A stretch of 64,000 bases of DNA from Thermodesulfobacteriota bacterium (lineage in GTDB: Bacteria; Desulfobacterota; Binatia; UBA9968; JAJDTQ01), in the NCBI GenBank assembly GCA_965116735.1, contig OZ220712.1:3265680-3329679 (forward strand). Reading direction: 5' to 3'. The notes under the pieces are model-generated. The model did no database searches and was not told where the DNA came from. It saw only the letters and a program-made list of their open reading frames with translations. The position numbers and the translations under genes are program-made. Below are positions 55,890 to 64,000 of this stretch, piece by piece (position 1 is the stretch's first letter; each line of letters begins with the position of its first letter).

Positions 55890-56660
55890 CGGTCGTGTGG
55901 ATGTCGGCGGCACCGTCATCTACCTCATGGTGTCGGGCGGCGACCACCGCCTCCTCGGCAAGACGCTGTCCCATCCGGAGGATCTCGCGGGTGCGCTGCT
56001 AGCCGGCTTGGCGCTCGTAAGCGGGGGTCTCGGCCTCGCCCTCAACGAGTTCCTGGAGCGCATCGAACAGATCATCCACGGCAGCACCATCGGCACCAAT
56101 GCCTTCCTGACGTGCGACGGTGCGCGCACGGCGCTACTGCCATTGCCGGCTTCCGGGACGTGCTTAATATGCGCCCTCTGGACGTCGTGGGCGCACGGGC
56201 TCCATCCGCCACCGGGACATGGTATGGGAGCCGGACATCGGGCTGATTCTTGTGCCTCGGAAGGCCTCGGTGACGTGTGCTGCTGGGCAACTTCTGTCGG
56301 ACTTGCTAGGCAATCTCGTGAAGAGCCGCGTCATGTGGCTGGAGTGGATCGCGCGGCAGACGGCAGAAGCACACTACCCGAATTTCCGCCGCGCGTCCGA
56401 GGAGGCGCTACTCGAAGAGGGTGTCCCGTGGGATCGAATTGCGCTAGGCTGCATTGCCGACCCGAGGTAACTGCGAGAGTTCAGCACGTGGACGTTCCTA
56501 TGGCACCAACCGCCCTGACGGAGGAGGCTTTGGTCAAGCTGGCGCGCAATTTTCAACGGATCCATGCGAGCGGCTACAGCATGCCCGAGGCGGCCGCTGA
56601 GATCGTGAACCTCCGGGTTGCGGAAACGGGACTTGCCGACCTCGAGCCCACGCCCGCCCG
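55890..56660 (+). pseudogene. hydantoinase/oxoprolinase A fragment (multiple frameshifts)
   Basis: Hydantoinase_A-like pieces (VDVGGT...IHGSTIGTNA; FRDVLNMRPLD; EIVNLRVAETG) split across three frames; high-GC patch inside a lower-GC island. Confidence 0.45.
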
Positions 56661-57013
56661 AAGCCGCAATGGCACCGCTTTGCAGACGGGCAACAGGACC
56701 GTGTTTTCTCGTCTACGGGTTCCGCCGGGTGCCAGTGTACGACGGCCGCGGGCTGGCATAGGGCGAGAACATCAGCGGCCGCGGGAACGGTACTGGGCCG
56801 AGTTTCAAACGGGGCTGGACAGTGTGGTGTACTCTCACCCCAAGGCACGCCTCGCTGTGGCGTCCAAGTCCCGCCAGATTGCGGGCACCACACCGGATGC
56901 CGCGATGAGTCAGGAGACCCGCTGGTGTTCTCGGTGGCGTTGTCCCCACCAGTGTGCGCCGCAAGCGCCAAGGGCGCGAGTACACCACGACCCTGTTATG
57001 GAGGATCGAATCG

Positions 57014-58426
57014 ATGAACGAGCTCAAAAACAAACGTCGAATAGCCGGCGGAGTCGCCCTCGGCCGACTCGCCCGGACACTCATCGTTGATCTCAGGCGC
57101 CACACTAAAATGCGTGTTCTCGCCGGAACTGTGGCGCTCGGCCTCATATCTTCTATGTTGTTGGTTCAAAAACCATACGCACAGGACAGAGGTATCGGCG
57201 AACTCACTAAAGGACAGTGGGCTGAAGGACGCGTGTTTGACCCCTTTGGAGAGCGCCCTGTCTTGCTTTGGCTTCCTGAAGGAACGTTAATCTACGACAT
57301 AACAAAAAACGAGCGCGTCCCGACAAATGCATGGAAGTACCGAGTCGCAACTACCTACCATGGATATCCAGTCAATTTGAAATTAGAACCTGAACGAAAG
57401 AAATATCTTTTTCGGGTGCGAGGTCCTGGTCAGTTTCCAAAGCAGTTCCGACTTACGAAGTCGGTACTTTGTCTTTGGCAAACACCGTTGATTGTCTGGC
57501 CCGCCACGGAATGCAACCACGGTCAGATGATGCGCGGGGAGGGTTGGACCTTCGACTTTAAAGAAGTAAAAACGTCGCCTCCCGAGCCACCAAAGTACGA
57601 TGTTGTAGCTTATCTAGACAAAGCCACGGCTGACCAAGTCTTTCACCGCGATCCAAATGCCGACGCTGATGATTTGACGGAGCTTCGCTTTGAACTATAC
57701 AAACGAGACGTTGACCGATTCGAACGACTCGGAGTGCTTTTTCGGCTCGACCGACGGCACCCGTTATCCAGATTTCGGTTTGTCGGGTATAATTATTTTC
57801 CGTGCGGTTCAACGCGGTCGACGGAAATAAGGGTTGCAGACATAAATAAGGCAGTTACGGAAGCAGGAGTTGGAGTAGAGTTTAATTTTCTTGGATGGTT
57901 GAAAGCTGTGCTCGGCGCCAAGGTTTCCAAAGCAAAGGAGGCGTCGGAAACGACGCTAACCGTCACTGAAATCAAGTCGGAGACTAGTTCTGTATTTCAA
58001 CAATGGGGAATCGTGGAACTCCAAACGGAGCACGAACCGGAACGCTTTCCGTTTTTTGTTCAAAAGAAGTTTGAATGTCAAGTTGGCGCGGGGACGGACG
58101 ATCCGGGGCAAAGGATACTGGAGGTAAAGGTAAAGTTTTTCAATCGAAATGAAGATCGGGACGACACGTATACGTTCGACAAGCCATCCGAGTGGATGGC
58201 GATGGAGAAGGAACTTTACGACTATATTGATCGCCCAGTATTCTTTAGTGCAAATGAACCAAGCGATCAGTTGGCGGTGATTAACGGCATATTAAAAAAA
58301 CATAAAACGCTGTCGTTCAGCCAAGCGTTGTTTATTTTTGCACAGCTGAATAATACGTGCAATTTGACTCATCGTGATGCTTGTAGACAATACACGACAG
58401 CGGCACGTTGGTCGGAAGGAACATGA
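57014..58426 (+). CDS. hypothetical protein, probably secreted (signal-peptide-like MRVLAGTVALGLISSMLLVQKPYAQ)
   Basis: ~470 aa, markedly lower GC (~50%) than the core genome, no recognisable domain; alternative start at 57110. Confidence 0.5.
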   Translation: MNELKNKRRIAGGVALGRLARTLIVDLRRHTKMRVLAGTVALGLISSMLLVQKPYAQDRGIGELTKGQWAEGRVFDPFGERPVLLWLPEGTLIYDITKNERVPTNAWKYRVATTYHGYPVNLKLEPERKKYLFRVRGPGQFPKQFRLTKSVLCLWQTPLIVWPATECNHGQMMRGEGWTFDFKEVKTSPPEPPKYDVVAYLDKATADQVFHRDPNADADDLTELRFELYKRDVDRFERLGVLFRLDRRHPLSRFRFVGYNYFPCGSTRSTEIRVADINKAVTEAGVGVEFNFLGWLKAVLGAKVSKAKEASETTLTVTEIKSETSSVFQQWGIVELQTEHEPERFPFFVQKKFECQVGAGTDDPGQRILEVKVKFFNRNEDRDDTYTFDKPSEWMAMEKELYDYIDRPVFFSANEPSDQLAVINGILKKHKTLSFSQALFIFAQLNNTCNLTHRDACRQYTTAARWSEGT

Positions 58427-59477
58427 TTTGCGGATTTCTCTTTTGAACATGCGGAAGCGCACGATCCGGGCCCCTTCGAGAACTTGGACTACCACGAGAG
58501 AGCGGTAACGCCAGCCCGTATTCCAGAGGACCGTTTCAGCGGAAAAGGAGAAGCAGGCCCACCAGCATGGCGTCTCTGTTGGTCCACGCCGGATAGTAAA
58601 CGATCATCCAGTGCACGGCGTCCTCCTTCATCGAGTCCTGGCTGCAGCGTAGCGGATGGAGGCGGACGAGCGCCGGAGGGTTGGGTCGCGGCGCACGCGG
58701 GCCCCTACCAAGGATTCGCCAACCTCCCTCCTGAGCCGCTCCGCAAGGTGACAATGGCGACTATGGTGACGCCTGTCGCAAGACGGTGGTGAGAGCCGCA
58801 GAGCGCCATCAGGGCACTCGCGTTCTGTGGGATGTCCGCGTTCCTGGGGTCGGCGAGGACCGCGCTGGGATGGGGGGCTCGCGCCAGACCGTCAGGAACG
58901 CAAAGAACTCCACCGCCGCAGCGTCGCCCACGGTGCCCCGAAAAAGCACGGTCTGACGGGGAATGGCAAACGTCTGGGGTGGTTCCGCTACGAAGTCGTC
59001 CGCATTTGGCGGATGTGGCTTGCACGCCGTAGCCGCCTCCGGTGCCTGGACTGGGATCGGATGAATGCACTCCTCAAGAAATATCCTCTGCCGTACGTCA
59101 CCTTCATGCGCTCATGGCAACGTTCATTGAGCGAACCTGTCAGGTGAGGAACCGAGTGCGTCAGTCGCGCACGCTCGGCTCTGTGGGGGGAGGGGTTCGG
59201 TGACGACCCCTCCTACCCGGCCTCGGGCAGTATGGACGAGGGGCCTGAGCCAGATGTCCCTTTTTGGGCTTGTCGTATAGTTTGCGCCGATCATAGCGTC
59301 CGCGTCCCTGGTAGCGCCGACATGGATCTAACCGGATCCCTTGTAGACGGCGGCCGATGTAGCGCGGCGTTTGGACGAAGATCTCGATGAGAATCGGGGT
59401 GGTATTGTGTAGCACTCGGCCCAATCCCGGGTAACCTCCGGACGGTTCAAACCGCCACTTGACAAGGTGGGTCCACC

Positions 59478-60866
59478 GTGTTGAAGTTGAGAGGGTACAC
59501 ATGGGGCCTCCCACTGAGAAAACCGATGGAATCACCCGTATCAGCGGCCTTCCGGCCATGGCTTACCCGGGCCGGCCAAGACGACACCCATGATGCCATT
59601 CTAGTGTTCCGAACTCAGTCGGACCGGGCTCCCAATAGTGAGTTCCGGCGGGAAGAGAGCCGTGTCGACCGGCGACATCGGTTCCGAACTTCCTACACCG
59701 CTCGCCACAGCCCGTCAGGGCGCATCCGCAAACTCTTGGACAGGCGACTCCACCGAGACATGTCTGTTGGGCGGACACCATGGGACTCATCCACCATAAG
59801 CCGTGGAGACACTGAACTCTCTCTTCCGTATGCACGGTTGAACGTGACGCGCGAGATCCTGCAAGAGCTCAACCATTACGAAGACGTGCTCGCCGTCATT
59901 CCCAACCAACCAGTGAAACTTCTCCGACCTACCAAGGTGCAGTACAAGTCAGCAAGCCGCAGCGAACGCCGGTCGGGAGCAACTTGGGGACTCACTCGAT
60001 TAGGTATCCCAAGGGTTTGGGCTCAGGGCAACACTAGAGGCGAAGGTATCCGGGTCGCCGTACTCGACACCGGCGTCCACGCTGACCATCATGCGCTGGC
60101 CCATAAGGTGCGTGAGTTCGTTCTCGTCGATCCACTAGGTCGCATCATAGATACCACGCAGCCTTTCGACAGCAGCAGCCACGGCACGCACGTTTGCGGC
60201 ACGATCGCCGGGGGGACGGACCCGGACGGAATCGCGATCGGAGGAGCACCGGAAGCCGAGTTGGTCGTTGGCGCAGTGCTCGCGGGAGACTCGACCCTCG
60301 ATACCATCATTACCGGCATTGAGTGGGCCGTCCGGCAAGGTGCGGACATCATCAGCATGTCGTTTGGCTTCACCTACTACGAACCCAAATTCGAAGAGGT
60401 CCTACGTCCCTTGTGGGATCTTGATATTCTCCCGGTCGTTGCTATCGGCAATGAGAATCACGGCAACACGAGCTCCCCCGGCAATGTCAACAGCGCCTTT
60501 TCCGTCGGAGCCACAGCTCCATCCTCGGTGGCTCCCTTCAGCGGTGGCGCTAGTTTCGACTGGCCAAATACGCCACAACCTCACGTCACTAAACCTGATG
60601 TCGTTGCGCCTGGCGTTCGCACGTATTCCTGTGTCCCGCCGATCCAAGGACACGATTATGCGTCCCTTGATGGCACCTCCATGGCTACACCTCACGTTGC
60701 GGCGGTCGTAGCGCTGCTTATGTCAGCGAAACCCAACGCCCGAGCTGTCGACATTGCCACAGCCCTCCGCAATACCGCCCACCATCCCGACGGCAGGAAC
60801 CATCGACCTGATAACCGTTGGGGTTGGGGCGAGGTCAGGCCGTCTGCGGCGCTGAAACTCATATGA
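59478..60866 (+). CDS. subtilisin-like serine protease (S8 family) with N-terminal propeptide-like region
   Basis: Catalytic triad contexts AVLDTGV (Asp), SSSHGTHVCGTIAGG (His), GTSMATPHVAAVVALL (Ser); exact start uncertain, no obvious signal peptide. Confidence 0.8.
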   Translation: MLKLRGYTWGLPLRKPMESPVSAAFRPWLTRAGQDDTHDAILVFRTQSDRAPNSEFRREESRVDRRHRFRTSYTARHSPSGRIRKLLDRRLHRDMSVGRTPWDSSTISRGDTELSLPYARLNVTREILQELNHYEDVLAVIPNQPVKLLRPTKVQYKSASRSERRSGATWGLTRLGIPRVWAQGNTRGEGIRVAVLDTGVHADHHALAHKVREFVLVDPLGRIIDTTQPFDSSSHGTHVCGTIAGGTDPDGIAIGGAPEAELVVGAVLAGDSTLDTIITGIEWAVRQGADIISMSFGFTYYEPKFEEVLRPLWDLDILPVVAIGNENHGNTSSPGNVNSAFSVGATAPSSVAPFSGGASFDWPNTPQPHVTKPDVVAPGVRTYSCVPPIQGHDYASLDGTSMATPHVAAVVALLMSAKPNARAVDIATALRNTAHHPDGRNHRPDNRWGWGEVRPSAALKLI

Positions 60867-60876
60867 GCGTCGTCCA

Positions 60877-61242
60877 ATGAGCAAGCTTGCGAGCCAAAAA
60901 CTCTCCGATACCTTTCGCAAAGAACTGCGAGCATTGGGTAGAGATCAAACCGTTCGATTCATCGTCACGCTCGACTATCCTGCGACTACACCCATCGTCC
61001 GCCACGGAAATCGGACGCGCCGAAAAGAGGCCATCGAAACATCCGATAAGCAGATGGAGAAGGCCCTTAGCCAGTGGATTCGCCCAGTACTGCGGGACCA
61101 CGGCGGCGAGCTTGTGCATGTGTCGCCACAACTACGCACCATAACTGTACAGGGGCGCCGACCATTGATTGAACAACTGACCAAGGTCGATGCCGTGACC
61201 GCAATTATCGAGAATCAAACAATCCACGGGCTCCACCGATAG
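60877..61242 (+). CDS. stand-alone subtilisin-propeptide (inhibitor I9)-like protein
   Basis: 121 aa; segment LVHVSPQLRTITVQGRRPLIEQLTKVDAVTAIIENQ parallels the protease's own prodomain LSLPYARLNVTREILQELNHYEDVLAVIPNQ; starts 11 bp after the protease stop. Confidence 0.5.
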   Translation: MSKLASQKLSDTFRKELRALGRDQTVRFIVTLDYPATTPIVRHGNRTRRKEAIETSDKQMEKALSQWIRPVLRDHGGELVHVSPQLRTITVQGRRPLIEQLTKVDAVTAIIENQTIHGLHR

Positions 61243-61267
61243 CATTTGACCGGCGGGCCCTCCGAGT

Positions 61268-62090
61268 TCAGGACACCTGTCCGGGGTTCTCCAGGAACGA
61301 GCGCCACGCGTCCCAATACCGCTTGCCGCCGGCGAGCCAGGTGTCGTTGTGGCCCGACCGCCGAATGACGTGAAAGCGCTTGGGCTGATTGGCCAGCGCA
61401 AACAGCCGCCGGCCGTGAGCGATAAGGATGAGTTCGTCGGCGTCGCCGTGAAGGATGAACACGGGTATCCTCACCAGTGGAAGGTAGCGGACGTTGTCGA
61501 ACTTCTGGGAAACGACTCACGGGAAGGAACGGGAACAGTTCCTTTCCTATGGCCAGCAGAGTCTCGAAGGGCGATTCAAGGATCAGACCGCGGGCGGCGA
61601 CGCCCTCGGAGACGATGCGTACCGCCACCGCGGCCCCCAGAGAACGCCCGAAGACGAATATCCGCTCCGGCGGAACCTGCCGGCGCAACCAGGCGTAGGC
61701 CGCCCGGGCATCGTCGTAGAGTCCCGACTCCCAGGGCTTTCCCTCGCTTCGGTCGAACCCCCGGTAGTCGAACAGGAAGACTCCTGCCCGCATTTCCTTG
61801 TGGATCGCGGCGATGTTGTGAGCCCGGTGGAAGAGATTGCCCGCGTTACCGTGCGCCCAGAGCAGCACGGGGCGGTCGGGACCGGGAGGTTTCACGTACC
61901 AGCCGTGCAGCCGGATGCCGTCACCGGCCTGGAACGGTACTCCGTAGTCGGCCGGGGTGACGGTGATCTCGCGGACCGGGTGGTAGAGGTAGTAGTTCTC
62001 GAGGTGGCCCGTGTAGCTCAGGGTCGTCAGGAGAATCACCGGAAAGGAGTACAGCAACATTCGCTCCCCTACCGCCCTTCGGAACATCAC
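61268..62090 (-). pseudogene. alpha/beta hydrolase (frameshifted)
   Basis: N-terminal 200 aa with GRSLG nucleophile elbow in one frame (61215..62090 ORF); conserved C-terminal part (PVFILHGDADELI...SGHND) in another frame (61268..61474); frame break near 61495-61510. Confidence 0.6.
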
Positions 62091-62549
62091 GTGTCAAGCT
62101 CCGTCGGTAAGCGGACTCCATTCCGGTCCATGACATCCGTGTGCTGCTCTGTCGCTCCCTTTTCAGCATACGCTTCCCGGTGAAACGGTGGAAGGCCCGA
62201 GGCACCGAGGCCCTTTGACAACTTCGACGCATTCTGCGGGCAAGCCCCGTGACCATGCTTCCCGTGGCGTCGTGCGCCCGCGCCACAAATGTTGGCACGC
62301 CAACGCCCGTGAAAGCGGCCGGTCTCAACCCGTCGAGGGTCCTGTGCCCATCCCGCCGTCCTCCGCGCTCCCTATCAACATTCAAAACCGTGGCTTTTCC
62401 CACGGCATGTTAGGAGCGGTCTACAGCCATCCGCCTCAAGTCCAACCGACGGCCTTGGGCACCTCCACCGGCGGCGACAGATGCTCGCAGTAGACAACCC
62501 TGCTACAAATGGGCCGAGGCTTGTTTAGCGACGCCTGCTACACCGGAAA

Positions 62550-63968
62550 TCACGGACAGCAGCACCGTTTGTACTTTCTTCCACTGCCGCAAGGGCACGG
62601 ATCATTACGCCTGATTCTGCCTTGCTTGACGGCTGCCGCTACACGTCGAGCACGCAGTTCCGCCGCGTTTGTTTGAATGCGTGCGACTTCGGCATCTGAA
62701 AGGCCGGCCATACTCACGCGGCACCAATAAACTGCCCTGACGGTGTCCTTGTCCGTGTATTCCACCTCCAACAACAGCCGCTTCTGCTCGTTGGCTGCGG
62801 CCAACACAGCCATTGTGTGTTCACGTGCAAAGCCTGCGTCGCGCGGCACTGACGGAGACCACGTGAACAGAGTGAACGCATGGTTGCCGTACGTAGAAAT
62901 CGGCCTCACCCGCCCTAGTGTAGCGTTGTCATAGAGTTGCTGCTCAATTGCGTTCGCAATCGTTTCCCGGTGTTCCCCACTGGCATCCAGAAGAAATGAA
63001 GCGATTTCGGAGCGGCCTTCGCGACGGGAGTTTCCAAGAAACTCGATAACCTCCGCGAGTCGTGTCGGGATTTCTTGCATCGGAACTCTCGCCTCTTCAC
63101 CGCGAAAGACAGCATCGTAGTAAGTGTCGATTGGCTCCCGGTAACCGTAAAACCTGGGGGAGGTCATAGTCGATCCTCCCAGTTTCGACGCATACATGGC
63201 GTAGTTGTTCTCCCGAAGATACAAACCAAAGTGATCTAGTTCGTCGTCCACGTCTACCACTTCGGACTGTGCCGCCCGCATCCGATGCTCAACAAAGTGA
63301 AGGAACACCAAAGGGTTATCGAATAGCTCGGCATAGACTCGCAGGTCATCTACAGAAAGCACCCACACCGCGCCTTCACCGATGTCGACACCAACTTTCC
63401 CTAGCCTACGTCCTCGCGCAGCAAGTTCGGTAAACGGATCGAGCGTAACCACACATACGGTGACCTGCCTAAAATCGTCTCGGCTCAATCGACCGATCTC
63501 GTTGTGATTGCTATCGCTCACGGGGACACTAGGGCGTGACTCCAGATATTCGAGGAATCGCTTACCCTGGCCTGCCGGGTTCCGAATGAGACTCTTCAGC
63601 GATCCAATGTGGGCGGGGAGATCAGTTGTGGGCGAAGTATAGGTGAAAGCGCCGGCCTTGACTTCAACTATCAAAAGGTGATCGTCGTAGATAACGACGC
63701 CGTCGCATTCGTGCCAGTCGATTCGGCCACTCCTGGACTTCATCCGATAGTAGACCGACCGAAAAACGCTTGCGCCTGGCAACAAGCGAGCGAAGTACCG
63801 GAATGGCAAGTCCTCGGAAAGCGCCTTTTGCCGTACATTCCAGGTCTCTTTGTAATCTGGAGCTAAGCGGAAAATAAGACGCTGGAGAACACGATAGAAA
63901 TTGTCGAAGAGAACAAACACGTCGAAAACGAGTATTCGCGGTCCTACGCGAATGAACGGACGTTTCAT
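62550..63968 (-). CDS. NERD-domain protein with C-terminal SEC-C zinc-binding motif
   Basis: DGVVIYDDHLLIVEVKAG (NERD-like core) and C-terminal NDPCPCGSGRKYKRCC (SEC-C motif); low GC. Confidence 0.6.
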   Translation of the reverse strand: MKRPFIRVGPRILVFDVFVLFDNFYRVLQRLIFRLAPDYKETWNVRQKALSEDLPFRYFARLLPGASVFRSVYYRMKSRSGRIDWHECDGVVIYDDHLLIVEVKAGAFTYTSPTTDLPAHIGSLKSLIRNPAGQGKRFLEYLESRPSVPVSDSNHNEIGRLSRDDFRQVTVCVVTLDPFTELAARGRRLGKVGVDIGEGAVWVLSVDDLRVYAELFDNPLVFLHFVEHRMRAAQSEVVDVDDELDHFGLYLRENNYAMYASKLGGSTMTSPRFYGYREPIDTYYDAVFRGEEARVPMQEIPTRLAEVIEFLGNSRREGRSEIASFLLDASGEHRETIANAIEQQLYDNATLGRVRPISTYGNHAFTLFTWSPSVPRDAGFAREHTMAVLAAANEQKRLLLEVEYTDKDTVRAVYWCRVSMAGLSDAEVARIQTNAAELRARRVAAAVKQGRIRRNDPCPCGSGRKYKRCCCP

Positions 63969-64000
63969 AGTAGGCCATACGCGCAGTGGCCACCCTCGAA

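Noticed and set aside
55768-57090. 440-aa plus ORF as an intact gene
   Set aside because: Hydantoinase-like segments are split over three frames; the rest is RG-rich filler; treated as a pseudogene fragment
58827-59559. ORFs 58827..59147 (+) and 59161..59559 (-) between the secreted protein and the S8 protease
   Set aside because: No motifs, conflicting frames; possibly decayed mobile-element remnants but nothing supportable

Overview
High-GC (~65%) bacterial chromosomal window. Most coding is on the minus strand, so the many long plus-strand ORFs in the six-frame track are antisense artefacts of the GC content. The core is origin-proximal housekeeping: a nuo (complex I) operon nuoA-C-D-H-I-J-K-L-M that lacks nuoB and nuoEFG; ribBA-pyrF-proS; an RND efflux module (tetR-MFP-permease); jag-yidC-yidD-rnpA-rpmH; gpsA; gyrA/gyrB; aroQ/aroB/aroK/aroC; an F1Fo ATP synthase partial operon atpF'-atpF-atpH-atpA-atpG-atpD-atpC with two b subunits and no atpB/atpE; and parA/parB with a perfect parS. 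Inserted among these are four accessory patches. (1) At 9.9-15.0 kb a defence-island-like block: HigBA toxin-antitoxin, an unknown 196-aa protein followed by a 695-aa tandem classical-AAA+ ATPase, a GIY-YIG nuclease-like protein and a truncated WYL-regulator-type HTH remnant. (2) At 46.3-48.7 kb a three-gene cassette (two unknowns plus a ComEC-like metallo-beta-lactamase-fold protein) beside an intact TA-flanked IS630-family element sitting exactly on the parB stop codon. (3) From 52.2 kb to the window end, an integrase-led island with tandem tyrosine integrases, an IS5-family fragment, a hydantoinase pseudogene, low-GC cargo, an S8 protease with a free-standing paralog of its own propeptide, a frameshifted alpha/beta hydrolase and a NERD+SEC-C protein. 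(4) Three dispersed repeat families: a ~35-nt hairpin repeat (ccctctccc-NNN-gggagaggg + ggggtgagggc) that is also inserted in-frame into proS and the RND permease C-terminus; a 25-nt REP-like palindrome gggcgggtttgaaacccgcccctac in operon-internal gaps; and TA-flanked MITEs whose inverted repeats match the IS630 ends, three of which carry an identical 70-nt core despite divergent arms. No rRNA, tRNA or CRISPR array was found. The strongest candidate for an undescribed system is the unknown-protein + tandem-AAA ATPase pair (with the adjacent GIY-YIG) at 10.8-14.5 kb; the 46.3-48.7 kb MBL-fold cassette is second.
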